Below are positions 30,051 to 39,500 of a stretch of 64,000 nucleotides of DNA, piece by piece (positions within the stretch are counted from its first letter, which is position 1; the number at the start of each line of letters is the position of its first letter). Source of the DNA: Candidatus Cloacimonadales bacterium. Its GTDB lineage: Bacteria; Cloacimonadota; Cloacimonadia; Cloacimonadales; DAONDQ01. The DNA lies in the NCBI GenBank assembly GCA_963662275.1, contig OY759316.1, positions 1,632,001 through 1,696,000 of the forward strand. Reading direction: 5' to 3'. The notes under the pieces are model-generated. The model did no database searches. It was given only the letters and a program-made list of their open reading frames with translations, and had not been told where the DNA came from. The position numbers and the translations under genes were made by a program.

Positions 30051-33000
30051 ATGTCACGATTGATAATAGCGATCGTATTATCATGTCTCTTTGTTTCACT
30101 CTTTGCCAAGCAGAATCTGGTACGCACTTTTAGAGATAGTAGGGGCAGGTTAGTGGATGAATATCGCATGCCTGAGGTTCCAGTCGGACAAAGAAATTCG
30201 GGACCTGTAGTCGTACCTACAGCTACAGCAGTCATGGTACCGGATGTACCCACTTTTGATTGGTCTTACGGATGTTTTGCCACATCAGCGGCAATGTTAG
30301 CCGGATATTACGACCGAAATGGCTATGACAATATTTATACAGGGCCTGCCAACGGGGGAGTTGTGCCTCTTACCAACAGCGTCTGGGGACCTGGTGAATG
30401 TCCTCTAAGTGCAACGCACCAAGGCTACGACAATCTGACGACTTTAGGGCATGTGAACAGGTTTTTCGTAGCTATTGACAATCAGAATAACGATCCTTTC
30501 GGTGGGGGTAATCCTACTGGTACTTATGCTAATTGCACAGCAGATTATATGGGAACGAACCAGGACTGGTGGGATAATAAAGATGGCAATTCCTGGGTTT
30601 ATACTAAATATGATGGGAGTAAATTGTATGATGACACTGAACCGGAAACTTCAAATCCCCGCAGAAGGGACGCGATACATGGACTGAAACTCTTTTTTAA
30701 TTCCCGTGGTTATGCGGTACAGGAGAACTATAACCAGAAGATCTATGGTTTTGAGGGACTTACTGATGGATTTACATTTGGCAATTATATGGATTGCATC
30801 GCTGCGGGAAGACCCGTTTTTATTCATGTCTCTGGAAGTAGTGGCGGGCATACCATGTTGGGTGTAGGTTATGACTCTGCTACTCAAACAGTTTATCTTC
30901 ACGATACCTGGAATCATGACCTTCATTCCATGACCTGGGGTGGTTCATATAGCGGAATGACTCAATTTGCAGTGAGTGTGCTATATCCTAAAGGTGCAAT
31001 TATTACTGCTAATCCGAATCGTTTTGATTTGACCATGGGTCCGAATCAGACTGTGACCCAGTATCTGACAATTGGCAATACGGGTGTTCAGCCTCTCCAA
31101 TATACTCTTACGTGTCCTCCACCAACATCGACTACAAATTCATTAGATCAATCCTTTTCTACGACAACCATACCTCTTGGATGGGCACAGCAATATGATA
31201 ATGGAGCAGGTCAATGGGTTTTCGATACAGGAGGAGGATACGATGCAGTTCCAAACTCCGCCTACGATGGCTCTTACAATGCAGTTTTATGGAGCAATTC
31301 CTTAAGTGTAGTGACATTGGTTTCTCCTTACGTGAATCTATCCAATACAATTTCAGCCTCCCTTTCCTTCTGGCATGCCCAGGGGGCATGGTATGGAAAC
31401 CAGGATACACTGAGGGTATATTACAAGACATCATCCAACGGCACTTGGAATCCACTTGCTACCTATACGAATGATACCCCGAACTGGACTAATGAGAACT
31501 TGGCTCTGCCAAACCTGTCATCGAGATACTACATCGGATTTAAAGGTACTGCCTGTGGCGGTCATGGGGTATGTATTGATAATGTGGTGATAAACAAGGT
31601 CGTTTCCACAGGTGCTTTTTTCAATGTGGATGGTGGTACTACCTATATTGGAAATATCCCGGTGGGAGGGGCTTCCAATGTAATCCCGATCAATATTAAT
31701 ACAACAGGTAAGGCAAATGGGACTTATTATAATTATATTAATGTTAGTGCGAATAGCACCAATTGGAGAAGTAGTTCTTTTGTTGTATTAGTGAACGTTA
31801 ATACTGCAAACACGATCACACTCACTCCTATACCGACCGGTACTACCTGGCAGGGTGGAATCACTCAAAACATCAGTTGGAGTTACTCCGGGACTGGAAG
31901 TACAGTTTCATTATATTATTCCTCAAACGGAGGAACAAACTGGACTTCCGCAGGTGATATTCCTACGGTACCCGGTACAAATACGTATGGCTGGACTTTA
32001 CCTATAGTTTCTTCCACGAATGTTGTATTTAAGCTCGTTGACAGTATTGCACCTAATTATTCTGTTAGCAGTACAGCATTTACCATCATTCTCCCGAATA
32101 TTTCAGTAAACAAGACATCAATGGCTTTCGGAATCCTCCTTGCCAATACAACTGCAACAGATACGTTCTCTATATCAAACACAGGAACTGTACCTTTGAG
32201 CGGTAACATTACGACACCTACAGGATATAGTGTCGATATAAGCAGAGGAACCGATAAAGAACTTACTATGTCGAAGAATAATACCCAAAGAAAAACAAGA
32301 AATGCTGATTTGGGTAGAAATACTCTATCTTATACAGTACCCGCCAATAGCAGTGCGAGCTTTACCGTCACATTCGCCCCTATTCTGGCACAGGCATACA
32401 ACGGAAATGTTTCCATCACCCATAATGCCGCCGGGAATACTAAGACAATTTCTCTCACAGGGCAGGGAATAACTAAACCAACAATAGCTATTTCAGATAC
32501 AGTATTTACAATCGTCGATCGTTATACACTTCAAGGTGTTCTAAATGTGAATTTTGCCAATATCGGTTCGAAGACATTACATTATAGTTTGGCTCTTTCG
32601 GGAACGGTAAGCTGGCTCACAAATATATTATTTGATGATGGAATTAATGCTGTTAGCGGAACTTCTTTTGCTGATTCCATAGCCGTGGGTGCTGATCCTC
32701 AATATCTTCATATAGAATATTTGCTTAGCGAATTGCCAGCAGGTACACATACAGCCACATTTATCGGCACTTCGGATGATCCTGCTCGCCCGACCTTTAC
32801 TATCACTGTGACAGCGATCGGCACATCAACGGTTAGCTTCATCTCACCTGCTGGTGGTGAAATCTGGGCTGCAGGTTCTGTTCAAACGATTAGCTGGAAC
32901 TATTCGGGGACTGGACATACCGTACTAATGCAATATACTACCAATGGTGGAGCTAATTGGTCAAGCGCTGTCAGATTATCCACTGTACAAGGAGTAAATA

Positions 33001-33350
33001 CTGCAACATGGGAACTACCCAATGTGACGTCCAGCAATTGCAAAATTACTCTGAAAGATTTCTCTGGTGGATTTTATACCTTTACAAGTAATCTTTTTAC
33101 CATAGAACCGGCACCTACAATACCAACTTCCGTGAATTCCACAAGGTATCCTGCCACGGGTGATATAGTGCTCACCTGGGGTCAGTCCATCGGATTAGTA
33201 CATGGATATAAGATATACAGCAGTCTCGACGGTTCTTTCCAGGGTGATAACAAAATACTTGAAGCAACTACCGATCCATCAACCAGATCATTTACAATAC
33301 CAGCAGCAAGTACTGTTCGTGCCAACTTCTATCGGGTTACTGCTTATTAG
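30051..33350 (+). CDS. Large secreted papain-fold cysteine protease (C10/C39-like) with adhesin/MAM-like and Ig-like domains
   Basis: Signal peptide. Putative catalytic Cys (YGCFATSAAM), His (GHTMLGVGY) and Asp (YLHDTW). Cleaved-adhesin-like beta-sandwich, ASH/Ig-like modules (SISNTGTVPL), a duplicated ISWxYSG...NGGxNW domain and C-terminal FYRV. Confidence 0.72.
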   Translation: MSRLIIAIVLSCLFVSLFAKQNLVRTFRDSRGRLVDEYRMPEVPVGQRNSGPVVVPTATAVMVPDVPTFDWSYGCFATSAAMLAGYYDRNGYDNIYTGPANGGVVPLTNSVWGPGECPLSATHQGYDNLTTLGHVNRFFVAIDNQNNDPFGGGNPTGTYANCTADYMGTNQDWWDNKDGNSWVYTKYDGSKLYDDTEPETSNPRRRDAIHGLKLFFNSRGYAVQENYNQKIYGFEGLTDGFTFGNYMDCIAAGRPVFIHVSGSSGGHTMLGVGYDSATQTVYLHDTWNHDLHSMTWGGSYSGMTQFAVSVLYPKGAIITANPNRFDLTMGPNQTVTQYLTIGNTGVQPLQYTLTCPPPTSTTNSLDQSFSTTTIPLGWAQQYDNGAGQWVFDTGGGYDAVPNSAYDGSYNAVLWSNSLSVVTLVSPYVNLSNTISASLSFWHAQGAWYGNQDTLRVYYKTSSNGTWNPLATYTNDTPNWTNENLALPNLSSRYYIGFKGTACGGHGVCIDNVVINKVVSTGAFFNVDGGTTYIGNIPVGGASNVIPININTTGKANGTYYNYINVSANSTNWRSSSFVVLVNVNTANTITLTPIPTGTTWQGGITQNISWSYSGTGSTVSLYYSSNGGTNWTSAGDIPTVPGTNTYGWTLPIVSSTNVVFKLVDSIAPNYSVSSTAFTIILPNISVNKTSMAFGILLANTTATDTFSISNTGTVPLSGNITTPTGYSVDISRGTDKELTMSKNNTQRKTRNADLGRNTLSYTVPANSSASFTVTFAPILAQAYNGNVSITHNAAGNTKTISLTGQGITKPTIAISDTVFTIVDRYTLQGVLNVNFANIGSKTLHYSLALSGTVSWLTNILFDDGINAVSGTSFADSIAVGADPQYLHIEYLLSELPAGTHTATFIGTSDDPARPTFTITVTAIGTSTVSFISPAGGEIWAAGSVQTISWNYSGTGHTVLMQYTTNGGANWSSAVRLSTVQGVNTATWELPNVTSSNCKITLKDFSGGFYTFTSNLFTIEPAPTIPTSVNSTRYPATGDIVLTWGQSIGLVHGYKIYSSLDGSFQGDNKILEATTDPSTRSFTIPAASTVRANFYRVTAY

Positions 33351-33378
33351 AAAGCATAATCTCTTCAAAATATAAATT

Positions 33379-33410
33379 AAAGCGGTTGTCCAAACTGGGC
33401 AACCGCTTTT
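33379..33410. terminator. Probable bidirectional intrinsic terminator between the convergent protease and arsR genes
   Basis: AAAGCGGTTGTCCA-aac-TGGGCAACCGCTTTT. Confidence 0.85.
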
Positions 33411-33422
33411 ACATTAAATGAT

Positions 33423-33734
33423 TCAATTACAATCAAACTGACCCATAAAACTCATCACTTCCTTCAAACTGCAATTGTCTGAAAAACGATAGAGGATACG
33501 ATTGCCTTGTCTTTCATAATCCAGTACTCCGCTATCTTTCAGGATTTTGAGATGTTTGGAGATATAGGGTTGAGGAATATCCAAATCGGTGAAGATATCA
33601 CTGACGCTGCATCCGTTTTCAATGCGTTTGCAACACTCATTCAGTAAAAAATGAAGAATTCTTAAGCGTATTGGATTGGCAAGCACTTGGAACAATTCAG
33701 TGAGACGCTCATAGTTCCATTCTTTTTCCTTCAT
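33423..33734 (-). CDS. ArsR/SmtB family transcriptional regulator, third gene of the hgcAB operon
   Basis: FQVLANPIRLRIL, ISKHLKILKDSG and RQG...Y wing. Cys residues in ECC...GC. ATGA overlap with the hgcB stop. Confidence 0.92.
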   Translation of the reverse strand: MKEKEWNYERLTELFQVLANPIRLRILHFLLNECCKRIENGCSVSDIFTDLDIPQPYISKHLKILKDSGVLDYERQGNRILYRFSDNCSLKEVMSFMGQFDCN

Positions 33735-34021
33735 ATACCACACCCGCAGCCTTTCTTATCTTTTTCGTCTCCACATCCACAGCCTGAGCCTTTTGGCTGA
33801 GTTTTCAGAATATCTTCTTTCAACACTGCAATCAAACAGCCGGTTCCCTTGGTCAGTTCAATTGCATTGACAGGGCAATTCAAACTGCAAGCACCGCATT
33901 CCAAGCAACCGATCTTATCAAATACGACTGCTTTGTTAGATTCCATCCTGATTACTCCGGGAGGGCATATTCCAGGGCATAGACCACAGCCTGTGCATAT
34001 TTCAGGTTTGATTTCTATCAT
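33731..34021 (-). CDS. hgcB: Mercury methylation 2[4Fe-4S] ferredoxin HgcB
   Basis: CTGCGLCPGICP and CLECGACSLNCP (HgcB signature CxECGAC), a GTGC Cys after the second cluster, and a Cys-rich tail. ATGA overlap with the hgcA stop. Confidence 0.85.
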   Translation of the reverse strand: MIEIKPEICTGCGLCPGICPPGVIRMESNKAVVFDKIGCLECGACSLNCPVNAIELTKGTGCLIAVLKEDILKTQPKGSGCGCGDEKDKKGCGCGI

Positions 34022-35007
34022 GAGATGACTCCTTTCCAAATGATGGATACAAAAGATATTAGTAGAATAAACACGGATATGGGAAGATAGATGATCGTTT
34101 CTCTTCGTACTTCACTGTAATTGCTGACACCGCTATTGCCAGTGTAATACAAGCTGAAGAAAAGACTTGCACCAACTGTAAAGCTAACGTAAAAAACCCA
34201 ATCAAGTACCCTGTGAATTCCATAATGATTAAGAATGGCAACAAATAAAGCTGAAAGGATAAAGAAAAGAGAAATTCCCTTCTTGGCAAAGCTCTTAGTC
34301 GGCAACCAGGGGAACATTAAGATATAGATAGTGGTAATAGTAAGCCCGATTGGTATGACCTGCCACCAAATACCCGTATTCAGCCATAAATGAATCGCTA
34401 AAAGAACAATAGCTCCAATGCCGAGATATACCGTGAATTGAATGAATGTTGGTATAAGAGTGAATAACCGATCTCGAAGGTCAAACTTGTAATGGGAATC
34501 AATACTGTTCTTAAAGGGTCGTTTCGTTAGAAAAGCAGGCAGTTCTTCCAAATAGATAGGACCAATGATCGGATCGATATCATAGGGACGAAGATCTGAA
34601 AGCTTAACACCGGAAAGGGATAGTTTGGGTAGGATCAATTGAAGCTTGGCTTCATTCGTAAGTATTTCTTTGGGATACTTTGCCAATTGCTTAAGAATCT
34701 CCTGGGCATTGAATTGTCCTTTACCTGCTGAACACCAGACATTGATACCTTTGGTATCGATAACAAGAACTCGAACAGGAATTCTGCGCATCTTTCTCCA
34801 TACCAGGAAGACAGTCATATGATAATTGCATGTGACGATCATGGGAGTATTCATATCGTACTCTTTTCCCGTAAAGTATAATCCGGGTTCAATAGAAAAG
34901 GTTCGTCGATAGGAGAGAATCCAGGATATAAGAACCTTGAAGTAATCAAGTATCGTAAAGTTAAGGGATATTGGTGCTTCAGTAGCATTTCCACAACATT
35001 TATTCAT
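34018..35007 (-). CDS. hgcA: Mercury methylation corrinoid protein HgcA (divergent)
   Basis: PGLY...P...TCNY, cap-helix motif DTKGINVWCSAGKG, LILPKL and GPI. C-terminal TM helices ending YTGNSGVSNYSEVRRE. RBS GAGG before ATG 35007. Followed by hgcB. Confidence 0.86.
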   Translation of the reverse strand: MNKCCGNATEAPISLNFTILDYFKVLISWILSYRRTFSIEPGLYFTGKEYDMNTPMIVTCNYHMTVFLVWRKMRRIPVRVLVIDTKGINVWCSAGKGQFNAQEILKQLAKYPKEILTNEAKLQLILPKLSLSGVKLSDLRPYDIDPIIGPIYLEELPAFLTKRPFKNSIDSHYKFDLRDRLFTLIPTFIQFTVYLGIGAIVLLAIHLWLNTGIWWQVIPIGLTITTIYILMFPWLPTKSFAKKGISLFFILSALFVAILNHYGIHRVLDWVFYVSFTVGASLFFSLYYTGNSGVSNYSEVRRETIIYLPISVFILLISFVSIIWKGVIS

Positions 35008-35034
35008 GGTAATTTCCTCTTGAATTAATATTAG

Positions 35035-35079
35035 ATATTCCATTAAGGGTATATACTGTATACGGCATATACTTGTCAA
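35035..35079 (-). promoter_or_regulatory. hgcAB-arsR promoter with two overlapping ArsR-type palindromic operators
   Basis: Minus-strand TTGACA (35079-35074) with a -10-like TATATA 18 bp downstream. Imperfect palindromes ATATACTGTATACGGCATAT (35051-35070) and ATATTCCATTAAGGGTATAT (35035-35054). Confidence 0.65.
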
Positions 35080-35214
35080 GGGAAATCGATAAAATCATGA
35101 ATACTTCTTGTAGCACCGCCTTTAACATGAAAGCTGAGGATTTGGAGTTCAAATGCCCTAAACAAATTATCATTGAATACCTGATTAAAAGGGCATTCGG
35201 ACTTCAAACCCGAC

Positions 35215-35262
35215 CTTTCATCATCGGTAGCGAAAACTCGTTTTCTGGGAAGTTCAAACCGA
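35215..35262 (+). repeat. Dispersed ~48-bp repeat, second copy at 63857-63903
   Basis: TTTCATCATCGGTAGCGAAAACTCGTTTTCTGGGAAGTTCAAACCGA vs TTTCATCATCAGTAGCGAAAATTCTTTTCAGGGAAGTTCAAACCGA. Confidence 0.8.
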
Positions 35263-35339
35263 ACACATATTGCACATGATATATACTGGAATAAATCCTA
35301 ATTCTTACTTAACTTAAACCTATGTCATACCAAATTCAC

Positions 35340-35405
35340 GAAACAGGAATGAAACAGGAATGAAACAGGAATGAAACAGGATTGAAACTGGATTGAAACT
35401 GGTAT
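35340..35405 (+). repeat. 11-bp tandem repeat, 6 units (GAAACAGGAAT, degrading 3')
   Basis: gaaacaggaat x3, gaaacaggatt, gaaactggatt, gaaactggtat. Confidence 0.9.
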
Positions 35406-35453
35406 AAATTAAGGGGTATCTAAAGGAGTTCAGATTCACCCACAACCATCCAG

Positions 35454-35544
35454 AATCTCGTAGAGATGACAGATAATAACCCATAGCGTGAGCTATGGGA
35501 AAATAACCCCCACAAACCTTTAAAACCCCTGCAAGGGGTGGCAC
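35454..35544 (-). repeat. Palindromic repeat related to the 46978/49143 family, reverse orientation
   Basis: Shares ATCTCTACGAGAT exactly (reverse complement) and a CACCCCT...GGGGT hairpin. Central CCCATAGC/GCTATGGG hairpin. Confidence 0.7.
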
Positions 35545-35699
35545 TTCCTTTGTTTGATTTTTGTTATTGACATAAATATTTCACTTTGATATCTGCATAA
35601 ACTAAAGATTGTTCCTGTGCAATTGAGATTTATCATGTGCGAGATGAAATCCTGAATCAAAGACACACTGTTAATAAATCATCAAAGAGGATGCTAAAT

Positions 35700-36455
35700 A
35701 TGAATAAGAATGAACTTTTAGATTTGTTTTTGGAAGATCCTGAATTGTTGGGTGAGGTGGTTGAAGAAATTGTAGCCCAGTGGAAAGTCATTTTGCAGCA
35801 GGAACAATCAAACGATACAAAGCAACAATTGTTAGAAGTTTCCAAGGCAATTACACGATTGGAAAAAACTCATACTACTGTCAGACCAGAGCTAATAACT
35901 CTTCAATCAAATCTCCTTTATGAACAGTCAAAATTAGATGAATATAAAGCCAAATACGAAAAGCTGATGAATGTGATAATTAGCGTTAATAATCGCAGTG
36001 GTACAGCAAAACAAATCAGATCAAAACTGCCTAGAACAAGAAGAACTGAGACAGATTATTTCTGGAATCGGGAACAGCTTCAAGACCAGGATAGTTCAAT
36101 AGAAAATGAACTATCCCAAACAATTGATTCTGATAGGATTACAGATTTCCGCTTTATGAAAGTAATGAGAGTTTATGTCATTGATACGTGGTATCCAACT
36201 TCAAACTGGAGAGATGTAAAAAAGAATGTATATAATTGCATCATTACTGAAAGACCAGAGGTTGTTCTCAAAGGAGTTCTTGAATATTCTAAGGATGCAA
36301 GCAGATTTAGAACTCCCATAAATCTAATAAATGGTTATTACACGGAAGGAAACCGCTCAGCAAGCGCGATTGTGAAGGAATGCCGTGAAAGCTTGAAGAT
36401 TGCAGGTTTTTCACCCTTTGAGCATTTTCATTTAGAAATTGATATGAAGTCTTAA
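35700..36455 (+). CDS. Hypothetical protein: N-terminal coiled coil and C-terminal putative DNA-recognition domain (SeqA-C-like)
   Basis: Helical N-half. C-terminal FRTPINLINGYYTEGNRSASAIVKECRESLKIAG resembles SeqA-C-like domains (my pattern recognition only). Start chosen from the AGGA RBS. Confidence 0.55.
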   Translation: MNKNELLDLFLEDPELLGEVVEEIVAQWKVILQQEQSNDTKQQLLEVSKAITRLEKTHTTVRPELITLQSNLLYEQSKLDEYKAKYEKLMNVIISVNNRSGTAKQIRSKLPRTRRTETDYFWNREQLQDQDSSIENELSQTIDSDRITDFRFMKVMRVYVIDTWYPTSNWRDVKKNVYNCIITERPEVVLKGVLEYSKDASRFRTPINLINGYYTEGNRSASAIVKECRESLKIAGFSPFEHFHLEIDMKS

Positions 36456-36583
36456 CGCTTTTTGTTAGGGTTTGTATAAGCATGGGATGATAAATTCCGC
36501 TTTGCCAATGCCGAATCAGAATTCTGTATCCCGTTATTGGTAAATATGTCTTTTAGTATTATCATCATCACCAAGGAGAACCT

Positions 36584-39500
36584 GTGGAATATGAAAATGA
36601 CTATTATCACATTATCTCTAAGTTTTTGAATGACTCTGTAAAAGATATTACCCGCTATTTAAATACTCAATTACCTGAAATCTCAAACAATTGGTGGGTT
36701 GAATTAGTTCTAACAAGCTTGTCTCATCAGCAGAAAGAACGAATTACCAGAGCTAACAACACTTCTCTTGAAGGTTTAGATTTAGCAGCATTATTAAGAG
36801 TCTTCGACGGTAACTGGTATGGTATTTCCTCTCATTTGAATCTTGCACCTGAGATGAGACACTATGTAAAAGAAATGCAGACAGTTCGAAATAGATGGTC
36901 GCATGTAAGCAGTGTAAGAATTGCAGATGACGATATCTACCGTGATCTTGATACACTCCAGAGGTTTCTGATATTAATAAATTCCGATAATGAACTGATA
37001 GAAAGAGTCAAAGAACAAAAAGGTCTTGTATTGGGCAAAGCTAAGAATCAGGAGGATGGTAATTCTATGAATATCAATAAGCAAAACTCAACTGAATCTG
37101 AATTCACAGTTGGTCAGATTGTACGTTTAAAAGCAAATCCTGATCTTCATGGTGCCGTTGTAGTCATCAAGAACGGACAACCGGAAAACCGTTATTCTGT
37201 TTTTATCAATGGTGAAGTGCAAACCTATTATGCTTCACAATTAGATGTACTTGAGAAAGAGCCAGAGTATAAGAAAATATCTGCAGATGAGTTTCATGCT
37301 CTACTTACCGCATTGCAGATTAGATTTCCCAATCTCTCCACTTTATATTCTCTCAATTCAGCCAGAATAGATTTTATCCCTTATCAGTTCAGACCCGTGC
37401 TTAAATTTATTCGTTCTGATCGTCCCCGATTGTTGATTGCAGATAGTGTAGGTGTTGGAAAGACTATCGAAGCTGGCTTGATTTTAAGAGAACTTCAAGC
37501 CCGCAGAGATATCAAGTCTGTTTTGATCATCTGTCCTCGTCCTTTGGTTGTAGAAGAGAAATGGCTGAAAGAAATGAAAAGATTTGATGAGCGGTTTACA
37601 CAATTAAATAGTGCTCTTTTAAGACATTGCATTAGCGAGACTAATTTGGATGGTGTCTGGCCTGAACAGCATAATAAAACAATATTACCGTATTCCCTGT
37701 TTGATGAAACACTGCTTGAAGGAAATCAGAAAAAAGGTGGTAGAACGAAAATAGGTTTATTGAACCTTGATCCACCTCCAAGATTTGATATGGTAATTGT
37801 GGATGAAGCCCATCATATCAGAAATCAGAATACATTCAGACATAAGGCAGTGAAGTTCTTCTGTGATAATGCAGAAGCAGTTGTTTTCCTAACAGCAACA
37901 CCGGTTCAACTTGGAAGTCATGATCTTTTCGTTTTGCTTAACACACTACGCCCTGATTTGATCATTGATCAAGAAAGTTTTACACATTTAGCTGAACCAA
38001 ACGCTTTTATTAATCAGGCTGTATCTTCTGCCAGGAATGCTGAACAGGATTGGCAGTTAAAAACACAGGAAGCCATGAAAGAAGCTGCAAATACTGCCTG
38101 GGGTCAATCAATAATGCAGCACAATCCAGAATATATTAGGATTATTACTGAATTAGCAAATGAATCAGTTACTCCAGAACAAAGAGTCCAAATGATTACG
38201 GAAATTGAGAACCTGCATACCTTTTCCAGTATCATTAATCGTACAAGACGCCGTGACATTGGTAACTTTACGCTCAGAAAGCCCGAAACAGTCATGGTTG
38301 AATTTACTCTAGAGCAGAGCCTGATTCATGATGAGTTACTGAATATTCAAGCCAAGATACTGACAAAGCTTCATGGCGATACCAGTATAAATTTCATGAT
38401 GTCAACTATCAGGAGACAGGCAGCCAGTTGCATCTTTGGATTAGTTCCTTTTCTAAATAGTATTTTATCGCGTCATTTAGATGAATTTGAAGTAACGGAA
38501 TATGATGATTCAGATACCTCTATCATACCCGATAATATCAGTGCAATTCAAGATCAGATTGATGTGATTGTAGATTTGGCTAAACAGATTAGCGAAGATG
38601 ATCCAAAGTTGGAAGCTCTCAGAAAGATTATTGCTGATAAACAACACACGCCAAATAATAAGTTGATGTTATTTAGCAGTTTCAGGCATACATTGAAGTA
38701 CATTTATGAAAACCTTGTTGCAGATGGTTTTAGGGTCGGTTTGATTCATGGTGGAGTACATGATGATGAGCGTCTAGAATTGAGAAGACGATTTGAATTA
38801 CCAAAAGAAGATATTGAAAGCCTCGACATTGTACTCTTTTCAGAAATTGGCTGTGAAGGTCTTGACTATCAATTTTGTGATGCTATGGTCAACTATGACC
38901 TGCCTTGGAATCCCATGCGTATTGAACAGAGAATTGGACGTATCGATAGAAATGGTCAGAAAAGCGAGAAAGTGGTTATCTATAACCTCATTACTCCTGG
39001 AACCATCGATGCTGATATTTATGAACGCTGTCTAATGCGTATAGGTGTTTTCAATAACACAATTGGCGCAGGTGAAGAAATACTGGGTGAGATTACCAAA
39101 GAAATCAAAGATATAGCTGAAAACCTTTCTCTGAATGAAGAAGAACGCAGGGCACGGCTACAGCAATTATCTGATAATAAAATACGTCTGATTCAAGAGC
39201 AGAACGAGCTTGAACAAAAACAGTTGGAGTTATTTGGTATCTTGCTTCCCCAAAACCAGATGAAGAAGGAAATAGAATCAGCAAGCAGTTACTGGCTCAC
39301 TTCTAGTATGCTTGAACACTTGATTAACCGCTATTTAATAACAAAGCTTGGGCTGGATCAAGAGTTTATATTAGGAGAAAAAGAGCTGAAAACGCTGCGT
39401 CTTTCCCAGGAAGCTCGGGCGTTGTTGTTGAAAGATTTGCACCAATTAATACTACCTAAATCATCTGTTCTAAAAGAATGGGAAGATTGGCTGAAAGGCG

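Noticed and set aside
34018..35007. Wood-Ljungdahl CFeSP subunit (CdhD/AcsC) rather than HgcA
   Set aside because: It has the Cys-containing cap helix, a C-terminal TM domain and an adjacent CxECGAC ferredoxin, and lacks the TIM-barrel domain and acs/cdh neighbours.
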